The notes below the pieces were generated by a model. The model was not told the origin of the DNA. It was given only the letters and a program-made list of their open reading frames with translations, and searched no databases. A DNA stretch of 64,000 nt from a virus, in IMG/VR virus record IMGVR_UViG_3300036828_000667, positions 49,839 to 113,838 of that record. One strand, 5' to 3'. This document shows positions 16,970 to 25,120 of this stretch, one piece after another. Every line of letters begins with the position of its first letter. Position 1 is the first letter of the stretch. Made by a program: the position numbers and the translations under genes.

Positions 16970-17139
16970 TGAACAGCCTCTTCATAAGCGGTTTGTGCTA
17001 AGGACGCTAACCTAGCATCTTTCGATTTCAGAGTTTCACATAGGTCGATCAACTCAGCAGACTTTTGCTTGATCTCATCAACTATAGTATCTGCACTTGG
17101 ATTAAATGCAGTCCGAACTCGTTGTTCACCGATTGTCAT
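16936..17139 (-). CDS. Acb2/Tad1-like helical-hairpin protein (possible nucleotide-signal sponge)
   Basis: R.ASLAQT.YEEA..WAVKA motif; AGGAG RBS. Confidence 0.55.
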   Translation of the reverse strand: MTIGEQRVRTAFNPSADTIVDEIKQKSAELIDLCETLKSKDARLASLAQTAYEEAVHWAVKAATTGA

Positions 17140-17150
17140 AGTACTCTCCT

Positions 17151-17181
17151 CTTGACAAGTTCACCTTGTTACACCTACGAT
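17151..17181 (+). promoter_or_regulatory. Sigma70-type promoter driving unit K
   Basis: CTTGACA-N18-TACGAT. Confidence 0.65.
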
Positions 17182-17186
17182 GATTA

Positions 17187-17246
17187 CTCGAACCGACCCC
17201 GTCCAGGCCACTCCTCCGCCCACCGACGCAAACCGCACAATTTTAT
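17187..17246 (+). ncRNA. Pentamer-coded guide-like unit K
   Basis: 10 periods ending ACCGCACAATTTT. Confidence 0.75.
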
Positions 17247-17361
17247 ATCCTACCATTTTCCACTACTTAGTTGGCTAGCAATAAGTCAAGCGTATAATTC
17301 TAAGACCCTACAAGACATACAAATGGGAACGTCCTAAAACCCGCAACAGAAAGTCCCGATC

Positions 17362-17529
17362 ATGCTAAGCATGGGCGACAAGGTAATAAAGGACACTGGC
17401 GACTATACTTTTTCGGGTGTCGTCATCGCAGTATTCCTAAAACGCAATGGTACTGCTGTAAGGTATGTAGTAGAGAACGAAGAAGGTATCTGCCACATAT
17501 TCAACGACCGCCAAATTAGAAAGGTTTAA
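17362..17529 (+). CDS. 55-aa SH3-like phage protein, not in the ORF track
   Basis: MLSMGDKVIKDTGDYTFSGVVIAVFLKRNGTAVRYVVENEEGICHIFNDRQIRKV, translated by hand. Confidence 0.65.
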   Translation: MLSMGDKVIKDTGDYTFSGVVIAVFLKRNGTAVRYVVENEEGICHIFNDRQIRKV

Positions 17530-17534
17530 TTTAT

Positions 17535-17777
17535 GTGAAGAAGTGTGACTATGCACATCAAGAAAGGTACAGAAGAGTGACAAAGGCAGAACTGACTTGT
17601 AGCGTATGCGGCAAACGTTATGAAACTCTAGGAGACTATGGGGACGACGTTGACTGCCAAATGATCTGTTTTCGCTGCTTCGAACAAGCTGATGCCATCT
17701 CTGCTCAGCAGAATCGCTGGCCTGATGGTCGAGACTTTCGTTACTTACGAGATATGAAAAAGCATCATCAAAAGTAG
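17535..17777 (+). CDS. Zinc-binding hypothetical protein
   Basis: CSVC...CFRC. Confidence 0.55.
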   Translation: MKKCDYAHQERYRRVTKAELTCSVCGKRYETLGDYGDDVDCQMICFRCFEQADAISAQQNRWPDGRDFRYLRDMKKHHQK

Positions 17778-17812
17778 ACCACACAATTACCATAATCAGA
17801 TTATACAAACTA

Positions 17813-17915
17813 ACCATACCGAGCCGAGCCGTTGCCGCACCATACTTTATCAATTTGATTCCCACCACACCTCCCCGGACCTATCCAGCCCCCTGCAAAC
17901 CGCACCATACTTACT
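17813..17915 (+). ncRNA. Two short pentamer units: L (17813-17855, with a 1-nt phase slip) and M (17859-17915)
   Basis: Same period and ACCATACTT tail as the main array. Confidence 0.7.
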
Positions 17916-17928
17916 TGTAATATAAATA

Positions 17929-18237
17929 TCAGTGAGTGTAGCTAGACTGACCATGCCCATCAGCATCCAATTCTTCACTAATTTCGTTGATCTCAATAGA
18001 CAGCATTTTACCAAACTCACTAAAAGCTTCCGGCCTATCCTCAGTCGAGGTAGCTCCAACAATTGCTCTAGCAACTACTTCACAAAGCACAGAACTAAGT
18101 TCCTCATAGTCAATTTGATCTCCTGGACTACCGTCCGGGTTTCCATTACGGCGATAAAAATCCGTAATGACTTCATTGAAAAAACAGCTAAGACATTCGC
18201 GTTCCCTACCGTCATCCGCTTTGATCTTATGTGCCAT
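17929..18237 (-). CDS. Acidic hypothetical protein
   Basis: AGGAGG RBS. Confidence 0.7.
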   Translation of the reverse strand: MAHKIKADDGRERECLSCFFNEVITDFYRRNGNPDGSPGDQIDYEELSSVLCEVVARAIVGATSTEDRPEAFSEFGKMLSIEINEISEELDADGHGQSSYTH

Positions 18238-18321
18238 ATTTAAACCTCCTACCTTTCACAGAACCGCTATACTTTATCCATAATCCACACTTAGTGATTT
18301 AGAAGTCAGCCAAGAGTTCTC

Positions 18322-18457
18322 TGCGTACCGACTCTTTCCGGACCGGACTGTACCACACTATACCATACCTCACCTACCCATACCTCGCCTAACCACGCCT
18401 TTGCGACCCGGAGCGTGCCTCGCCTACCCAATGCGACCCTGACCACAGCACACAATT
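18322..18457 (+). ncRNA. Pentamer-coded guide-like unit N (26 periods)
   Basis: Decoded reverse complement reads VVQSLYDTPSNVYDMYDIIVTPPKST, matching the terminase C-terminus. Confidence 0.9.
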
Positions 18458-18477
18458 ATAGGACTAAAAGACATGAG

Positions 18478-18510
18478 GTGGTGACTTGTATGGTTTGGGC
18501 AAGTCACCAC
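18478..18510. terminator. Stem-loop between unit N and the terminase stop
   Basis: GTGGTGACTTG...CAAGTCACCAC. Confidence 0.65.
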
Positions 18511-18514
18511 TTCC

Positions 18515-20440
18515 CTACGCAATTCTTTGAAACCTATCACCAAGAGACTGCAACGTATCCCTTATAGAGCCGTAAGCTTCATATACGTTGCTGGGCGTGT
18601 CGTAAAGCGACTGTACCGCATTATAAGTCGCAGCGCATAGGCTGTCCGCCATGTCGCAATGACTACCTTCTAATTGCGCCTTCACGACCTTATTATTTTC
18701 GAACCAGATGGATTCCAGTTCCTTCTTCAAGTCACGCATCATTCCAGTTTTGAGGCAATCAGTCGCGACAATGTTACTAAGAACATCATATGGTGTACGT
18801 GTCTTTTCCACGCTCAACACCTCCACAGTCTCAGCATACCCTATCGATGTAAGCTTCTGTATCAATTGTTCACTCTGATATTGGTCAGCTGTGAAAGTCT
18901 TGAACCCTAGACCATAGTAATCTCTCAAGTCTATAATGAACTCCTTGACTGCTTCCAAATTGATACGGTTTGGACTTGTGATCCTTAGAACCAAATCAGC
19001 GACGTATATCACCTTGCCTGTCCGGCTAAGCTCCTTGTGGACTACGGATAGCCCAGCTGAACTCACAGCAGCACCGTCCCAAGCTCCGTATCTAGTAGCC
19101 GCTGGATATCTTTTCCATCTGTATCCTTCAGGCGTAGCTATAAACAAGTCTCTCGGTAGCTGCTCTCGTAGCGGGGCTGGGATAGGCTGATTGGCATTAC
19201 CAAGAGGTGCCGAAACATAAAGAATCGGGCAGAGGTTTGGATCTTCGACTTTGCTGAGGTCATCGAAAGGCACCTCCTGACCCATGCTCGCTTGACCAGC
19301 TAGATTCATCAGGGATTGCTCTGTCCTTCTTTCAAAGTCACGTTGATATCGCTTAGGGACTTTCACTAGTGTACAAGACGGTGGAAGATCAAACTTGTCA
19401 TTCTCAGCTAGTACACTTTCTCTAGGTTCAAGTACCCTTGATGGGTGTCTTTGAGTACCACGCATACACCAGAAGTGACCATCATGTTTAAGCGCATCAG
19501 GATACTTGGTATCCCATATGGAGTACTGACTGACTTTACCAGCTGGATCATTTCGAAGCTGGGCGATGTGAGTAGCCATAACCCCCTTCTCATGAGCAAT
19601 AGAAGACAATAGAGTCATTAGCGTATAGCGGACTCCCAAGAACCTGGACCTTATGCGTTCAAAGATGTTGTCATATAGTGTAAATGCCTTGTCTACGAGA
19701 CCCTTGCTACCAATTCGAAATTCTGCCTCGTCGAGCATACCTCCAAACACATCTTCACCCAGAACATGTCGATCCTGTGATCCAGCGTAAATCTTTACGT
19801 TATTAGGAAACTCAAATCCTTCTCCATTGAATACCCATGGTGTAAGTTTCTCTAATTCAGGATCGTTCTCAAATTCAAGGAAGTCCCTTAAATGATTCAC
19901 CTTCCTGTAGTCCTTACAGGCTGAGAGCAATATCCCAACACGTTCAATCAGAGTGCTCTGGGCCTTCTCCTTAGTAACAGTAAACAGCTGTAGGATCATC
20001 GGCTTTGATGGGCCGGTACCCATACTCAGCTGAGGATTCCTGAAAGAGTTTATCCTGTAAACATTATACAATTGTGCTATTAAACCAGCAGTGCTCTTAC
20101 CAGTGCCAATAGCACCAGTTACTCCCCATCTACAGATAATAGATTTAGGAGCAAATATCTCAATCAAATCCTTCTTCCAGTTAGGAAACAAGATTAGTGC
20201 ATCATCCCCTATATAATCAGGAGTTAGAAACTCTTCTATAGTAGGTATTGGTCTCTTGAAACACATAGTAGTCAAGTCAGGGACTTCTTTAAAATGACCT
20301 AGCATTGTCAACGCTAGGCCAAGACGTTTCTTCTCAGGTGGAATCTCCCTAAGTCGAGGGTTTCTGGCGTCCATATCCAACATAAACTGAGCAAACTCGC
20401 TAGACTCAGCAATTCTGTCAAGCTCCACAGGATCTATCAT
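18515..20440 (-). CDS. terL: Terminase large subunit
   Basis: Walker A GAIGTGKS, Walker B GMLDEAE, C-terminal RNase H-like acidic residues (WD, ADQYQS, D.AD). Confidence 0.85.
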   Translation of the reverse strand: MIDPVELDRIAESSEFAQFMLDMDARNPRLREIPPEKKRLGLALTMLGHFKEVPDLTTMCFKRPIPTIEEFLTPDYIGDDALILFPNWKKDLIEIFAPKSIICRWGVTGAIGTGKSTAGLIAQLYNVYRINSFRNPQLSMGTGPSKPMILQLFTVTKEKAQSTLIERVGILLSACKDYRKVNHLRDFLEFENDPELEKLTPWVFNGEGFEFPNNVKIYAGSQDRHVLGEDVFGGMLDEAEFRIGSKGLVDKAFTLYDNIFERIRSRFLGVRYTLMTLLSSIAHEKGVMATHIAQLRNDPAGKVSQYSIWDTKYPDALKHDGHFWCMRGTQRHPSRVLEPRESVLAENDKFDLPPSCTLVKVPKRYQRDFERRTEQSLMNLAGQASMGQEVPFDDLSKVEDPNLCPILYVSAPLGNANQPIPAPLREQLPRDLFIATPEGYRWKRYPAATRYGAWDGAAVSSAGLSVVHKELSRTGKVIYVADLVLRITSPNRINLEAVKEFIIDLRDYYGLGFKTFTADQYQSEQLIQKLTSIGYAETVEVLSVEKTRTPYDVLSNIVATDCLKTGMMRDLKKELESIWFENNKVVKAQLEGSHCDMADSLCAATYNAVQSLYDTPSNVYEAYGSIRDTLQSLGDRFQRIA

Positions 20441-20946
20441 TTATCAGACTCATCTTCGTTTGGCTTCAAATCAATAGTTTTCCTCTCCTTAAAATAAGCT
20501 GCAATATGCTCTAGAGACTCCAAGAGTTCACCTGCATCCTTCACAGGATTTCCTCCAGGACTAATACCACCTTGTCCCATTATGCTACCCAAGTTCTGTT
20601 GCACAGTGAATAGTGGTCCGCTCTTCGCCCCAGATCCACCTGCAATCAATTCCAAGTCTCTAGCACCCGCCCCAGAAAGGTTTTCAACCAATCTCATCAA
20701 CATATTATCAGACATGTTCTCTAGTCTACCTATCAGAATGTCCAAAGCTTTGAGTCTGGTATCCTCTGCCTTGACCGCTGAATGATACCTCGTCATAAGA
20801 AACTGATCTCTAATAGCTTTGATGAAAACACCCCTATCTCTACTCTTATCATATAGCTCTAGCTCTCGCTTTAGGTCTAATGCGACCTCTAAAGGATGCC
20901 TAGATACCGCTCTAAAAGGTCTCTTAGCTTTCCTGGTTTGTGTCAT
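20437..20946 (-). CDS. Hypothetical protein (possible terminase small subunit)
   Basis: Position directly upstream of terL. Confidence 0.5.
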   Translation of the reverse strand: MTQTRKAKRPFRAVSRHPLEVALDLKRELELYDKSRDRGVFIKAIRDQFLMTRYHSAVKAEDTRLKALDILIGRLENMSDNMLMRLVENLSGAGARDLELIAGGSGAKSGPLFTVQQNLGSIMGQGGISPGGNPVKDAGELLESLEHIAAYFKERKTIDLKPNEDESDK

Positions 20947-21350
20947 CGGACTTCTTCTTGTTTCTCTCGTGCGTTCTCATGCTGCTTAAGGCTTAGAACA
21001 AAATCACGTTCCCCTGGAGACAACTTAGATAGCCAATTCTCCATCCTAATCTTAAGCGATCGGATGTAGTTGCCGTCCACGTTGTATTTCAACGCTACCC
21101 AATCCCAACTCTTTCCTTCAACAGCGACGTGGTAACAAACCAAGGCTACCATAAGGTCCTTGTTGAATTCCTCAGCAGTTGGAATACGTATCGTTTCTCC
21201 ACCAAAAGCCTTGATGAAATTAAATATCTGTTTAGGAGATAGAAGGTATAGTATCTCTGGGACAAGACTGGTCTGACTGGCGCACAGTATCGATAGCGCC
21301 ATGTAAACTAAGCTCGATCCAGGATCAATTTGATCATAGTCTCTAGCCAT
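20943..21350 (-). CDS. Hypothetical protein, Mor-like GG.T.RIP motif
   Basis: FGGETIRIP followed by an HTH-like region. Confidence 0.55.
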   Translation of the reverse strand: MARDYDQIDPGSSLVYMALSILCASQTSLVPEILYLLSPKQIFNFIKAFGGETIRIPTAEEFNKDLMVALVCYHVAVEGKSWDWVALKYNVDGNYIRSLKIRMENWLSKLSPGERDFVLSLKQHENAREKQEEVR

Positions 21351-22003
21351 TACAGGTACTCAGCCACATCAGCTGTATAGAACTTCTCGCTCTCCACCAG
21401 CGACAACATTATTCGTAGTGCTACACGATCTCGAAAGCCCAAGCTGTTAAACAAGGCACTTCTGTCTTCCAAGAACAGTGACACGATCATTGGCCATAAT
21501 AGGTAATTGGCCTTATACTTAAACCTAGGAGAAGCACTTATCTTAGAATATATCTTACCAACAAAAAATGCGTATCTATCATTCCTCTTCAAAGTATCGT
21601 AGGGCGTCGTAAATTCCACAAATAAGGCATCTTCATCGTATTCATCCAGAGACACAACATTCTTACGAAACTCGTAAAAATCTGATATTACTTTACCCAC
21701 CCTACTTTTAAGTACAAATCTATAATAAGGATAGAAATTATCATAACCATAGATAAAGTGTGCAGGCTGTCTTTGAATACTTAGCAACACATCTTCGGCT
21801 ATTTGATTCACAGCCTCATATAATAGATAATCATCTACATTGCTGTACTCTTTGTAAACTGTCCTCATACCAATATCAATCAATATATGAAATATCTCAC
21901 TCAAGTCCTTTTGCTGATTATTATCAGCATAACTAACTATTCTCTCATAAATCATCTTTCCCAAGTCATAATATCCAACTGTGGTCAAGCGTCCTGTGGT
22001 CAA
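21350..22003 (-). CDS. Hypothetical protein (sigma-factor-like helices possible)
   Basis: 217-aa ORF coupled on both sides. Confidence 0.6.
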   Translation of the reverse strand: MTTGRLTTVGYYDLGKMIYERIVSYADNNQQKDLSEIFHILIDIGMRTVYKEYSNVDDYLLYEAVNQIAEDVLLSIQRQPAHFIYGYDNFYPYYRFVLKSRVGKVISDFYEFRKNVVSLDEYDEDALFVEFTTPYDTLKRNDRYAFFVGKIYSKISASPRFKYKANYLLWPMIVSLFLEDRSALFNSLGFRDRVALRIMLSLVESEKFYTADVAEYL

Positions 22004-22008
22004 GCGTC
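21979..22008. repeat. 15-bp tandem duplication CTGTGGTCAAGCGTC x2
   Basis: Exact direct repeat spanning a stop/start junction. Confidence 0.9.
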
Positions 22009-22266
22009 AGTCTCCCGGAGGAGCTTGTCAACAAGATGCTTTCTATCCAACATTTTCTTAATCTGAGTATTCGGACTCTCTATGATAAGGTGACCCTCGC
22101 CATTCATCTTTATCTTTCCGATAAGAGTTTGAGATTCCCCCTTGATGCCGAGGTCACGTAGCACCATAGCCAATTGGATATCAACAATCCGCGTTGTAAT
22201 AGATACGGACGTAGAACTAATCCTAGCAAGCTCCGCTACGTATTGACCTTCCTCATCCGAGTTGAT
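22000..22266 (-). CDS. Uncalled 88-aa ORF with a probable ATC start
   Basis: GAGGAGG-N5-ATC; open to a TGA overlapping the TTG of the next gene; fills the operon gap. Confidence 0.55.
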   Translation of the reverse strand: MNSDEEGQYVAELARISSTSVSITTRIVDIQLAMVLRDLGIKGESQTLIGKIKMNGEGHLIIESPNTQIKKMLDRKHLVDKLLRETDA

Positions 22267-22292
22267 AGTAACCTCCTCATGCTATTTTCACA

Positions 22293-22577
22293 TCATTCTT
22301 TTGGCCCTATACCCACACCAACTGTCTGATCTCCAAGTTTTTGCATTACCCGCCAATGAAACTCGTTGACAATTTCCGCATCGGTGAAATCAGATAAACC
22401 AGGAACTGGATGCGAAGTATTATTGGGGATACATTCATTACAACAATAAGGACCAAGATTGTTACTATATATAACATGGCAGTATTTTTGACCATTAGCG
22501 TCTTGGCGTTCAAGTGACCGACCACAGCTGATACAGTAACTATTCATATTATCATCTTTCTTTTTTGTACAACCCAT
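22293..22577 (-). CDS. Zinc-binding hypothetical protein
   Basis: CISC...CCNEC. Confidence 0.55.
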   Translation of the reverse strand: MGCTKKKDDNMNSYCISCGRSLERQDANGQKYCHVIYSNNLGPYCCNECIPNNTSHPVPGLSDFTDAEIVNEFHWRVMQKLGDQTVGVGIGPKE

Positions 22578-23226
22578 CCAAAAGAGCTTCCCGCTCTTCC
22601 TGTGTCATACGATAATTCTCACGCAAATGCCAAGCCTTGGCATAACGACTGAGTACACTACGTTTCATACTAGGGGATGAATACTTTGCCAAAATCTCAG
22701 TAACAGGGTCAACGTCCTCAACTTGATAATCTTCTAGCGGTGCTTCGCTTGTCATAACACGTGGTTTTTTAACAGAAACTCCTTTTTCCAGGACTTCCGT
22801 AAGGATTTTAACAAATGGATCATCTTCATTATCACATTCATACCAGCGTAACAACTCGATCGGTGTAGATGGAGGACAGACGACCCAACCACAGGCGTGA
22901 CGGTTCCTCGAATCAAGATGGGGACGACCACTCAATCCAAGGGCAGTCCAAACGTGTTGTGGAATGTCACGACCCCTTGCACGACAAGGCGTAACAGAAA
23001 GACCTTCTTTATTACAACGCTTCTCGTCAATACAACAAAAACGCTGCATTTTATTTCTAGTATTCCCCCCTGTAGCTTTAGGAATATGACGACACCACCC
23101 AAATGCCATGTCTTCTGAGACATAGGTAGATCCACCATTTTCCATCAGCTTACGAATATGTAGCGATAAAGACGCAGTAATCTTCTTGTCAGTTATACTC
23201 GCCATATCTTCTTCTGTAATAGCCAT
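22552..23226 (-). CDS. Cys-containing hypothetical protein
   Basis: 224-aa coupled ORF. Confidence 0.7.
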   Translation of the reverse strand: MAITEEDMASITDKKITASLSLHIRKLMENGGSTYVSEDMAFGWCRHIPKATGGNTRNKMQRFCCIDEKRCNKEGLSVTPCRARGRDIPQHVWTALGLSGRPHLDSRNRHACGWVVCPPSTPIELLRWYECDNEDDPFVKILTEVLEKGVSVKKPRVMTSEAPLEDYQVEDVDPVTEILAKYSSPSMKRSVLSRYAKAWHLRENYRMTQEEREALLDGLYKKER

Positions 23227-23768
23227 TAGGCTTCTGTCTTCTTATCCTTCCAATTTTTACCAATACGAATACTACGAATCGTATGTGATGAAACACCAAA
23301 TTCTTCACCTAACCTCGTATCAAATCCATGATACCATTTTCTAGACCTGATATCATCGACCTGAGACTGGGTAAGTATGGCTTGACTATGACGCTCACCA
23401 CGACCATCAGTTCGGTGCCTAGTTTTATCTTCATAGTTTTCTTTTGGAGTGCCCCATTTAATATTTTCAGGCCAACGATTATCAGAACGATTTCCATTAA
23501 GATGTCGACATTCCTGCCCGGAAGGCCGTGGCCCAACAAACGCGTTAAGAACCAGACGATGAACTTTCACTACTGTTTCCCTTTTTCTAACCGTCATATA
23601 TCCTTTTCGATCAGTTGTTTGTTTTAAAAGTTCTATTTGTAAAGCAATTCTCCTTCCCTTTCGTTTAGCTCCGGGCAAGGCTCTAACACGACCACGATTT
23701 GATATTTGATGAAAAGGCCAATTCTCTACATCCACATCTTTCCAGACTTCACCATCATCACTGTTCAT
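23226..23768 (-). CDS. NUMOD4-HNH homing endonuclease
   Basis: EVWKD...ISNRGRVR, VHRLVL.AFVG, CRHLNGNRSDN. Confidence 0.9.
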   Translation of the reverse strand: MNSDDGEVWKDVDVENWPFHQISNRGRVRALPGAKRKGRRIALQIELLKQTTDRKGYMTVRKRETVVKVHRLVLNAFVGPRPSGQECRHLNGNRSDNRWPENIKWGTPKENYEDKTRHRTDGRGERHSQAILTQSQVDDIRSRKWYHGFDTRLGEEFGVSSHTIRSIRIGKNWKDKKTEA

Positions 23769-23773
23769 TTGTT

Positions 23774-25120
23774 TTACCCTCCTAGTTTATCTGCTGCTTT
23801 ATCACGAAAACTAATTCCCTCTAGCCTAAAATCACCTACCTCCTTATGAGCGTTGTGATGCTGTTTCAATATAACTTCATACTCATTAGGAGATATCTCA
23901 GATATCCTTGAATGAGAATCGTCAAATCTTACTTTGGTAGTTACAGCAGACTCTCCCCTTCTTACCAAAGGAAGATGCATCGTCCCTATACTTTTCAACT
24001 TCTCATTACGACCACCTGTAATCATAATGTCTACTACGTGTTGTTTTCTGCTAGACTCTGCTGCAGAATCAAATTCCAGAACTTCCTTATCCCAGAAACC
24101 AATTTTAGGCTGGCACCCAATCATTACTACTGGACCTTCCTGTTGGCCAAATCCTTTAAATGTAGAATACATAACACCTCCACTCTCATACATCCCAGCG
24201 TCTTGTGGAGGCCTAACGTTTGAGTCATAGTCTATTACCAACATGTCGAATGGAAATTTCTTTCTATAGTTTCTGGCATAGGAAACGATCTCATTACAGT
24301 CCAAGGCAAAAGCTGGGAAGGCAGCCACCCGCCAGTTCTCCAGCCATGACTCACACCTCTTTTTGTAATGCTCAGGAGCATTGACCACATTGGAAATAAG
24401 ATCCCCAGTCACACAACTCATAAATTTACAGAGACCATCGAACTCAGTGAAGTCCCCAAAGAACATATGGACTACTTTAAACCCCTGATCAGCAGCAGCT
24501 GCTGCTTCTTGAACCATGTAAGTCGACTTACCCCCCTTTGGTTTCATTACAACCATGACCAAATCACCATTCTTATAACCCTTATATAACAATGACGAAT
24601 TAATCAACCCTAGTGAACTCTTTATAACCCTCCCTCCAGCCGGAAGATCCTTCGCTTTAAGATGCTCTATTATTCCTTCCTGTAAAGGATTTACAAACGG
24701 ATCGGTTAGTATGGTGAATGACGACGCTTTAGAAAAGTACCCTTCTGCTGATCCAAGATCACCCTTGACGTATAGGTCGACACCTCTCAGAAATATTCTG
24801 TTCTTGATGAAATTTCCTATAAGACGAGTTACATGCTCAACGTCCTCGCTCTTGATAACCTTGTGACTATTAAATAGGTCCTCGACAATTTCCCAGTCAT
24901 GACTATACATGTCTTTATAAGTATGCTTCATATGTAATTGGAGAACACTGAGATCGATATTATTGTCTCTAAAGGGATTACTAATCAGAGCCGAAACTAG
25001 CTGAGAATGGATAGTCCTTTGAAACATCCACGGTTCTAAAAATGAATGGCATAATTGTCTAATTTGGAGGTCAAACAACATCTTGAGGACCATAGGTTCT
25101 ATTTCAGTATCGTTAGCCAT
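23774..25120 (-). CDS. dnaB: Replicative DnaB-like helicase
   Basis: KPKGGKST, LVIDYD, Q motif, AESSRKQHVVD. Confidence 0.85.
   Translation of the reverse strand: MANDTEIEPMVLKMLFDLQIRQLCHSFLEPWMFQRTIHSQLVSALISNPFRDNNIDLSVLQLHMKHTYKDMYSHDWEIVEDLFNSHKVIKSEDVEHVTRLIGNFIKNRIFLRGVDLYVKGDLGSAEGYFSKASSFTILTDPFVNPLQEGIIEHLKAKDLPAGGRVIKSSLGLINSSLLYKGYKNGDLVMVVMKPKGGKSTYMVQEAAAAADQGFKVVHMFFGDFTEFDGLCKFMSCVTGDLISNVVNAPEHYKKRCESWLENWRVAAFPAFALDCNEIVSYARNYRKKFPFDMLVIDYDSNVRPPQDAGMYESGGVMYSTFKGFGQQEGPVVMIGCQPKIGFWDKEVLEFDSAAESSRKQHVVDIMITGGRNEKLKSIGTMHLPLVRRGESAVTTKVRFDDSHSRISEISPNEYEVILKQHHNAHKEVGDFRLEGISFRDKAADKLGG

Noticed and set aside
18255-18280. Additional pentamer unit
   Set aside because: Only a tail-like ACCGCTATACTTTATC without a periodic body; at most a remnant
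71-18457. Simple microsatellite or slippage repeat
   Set aside because: Pentamers are not copies of each other; the variable bases decode to neighbouring gene peptides, and units have promoters and 3' handles
13572-18616. DGR template/variable repeats or retron
   Set aside because: No reverse transcriptase in the window, and the differences are synonymous rather than adenine-specific
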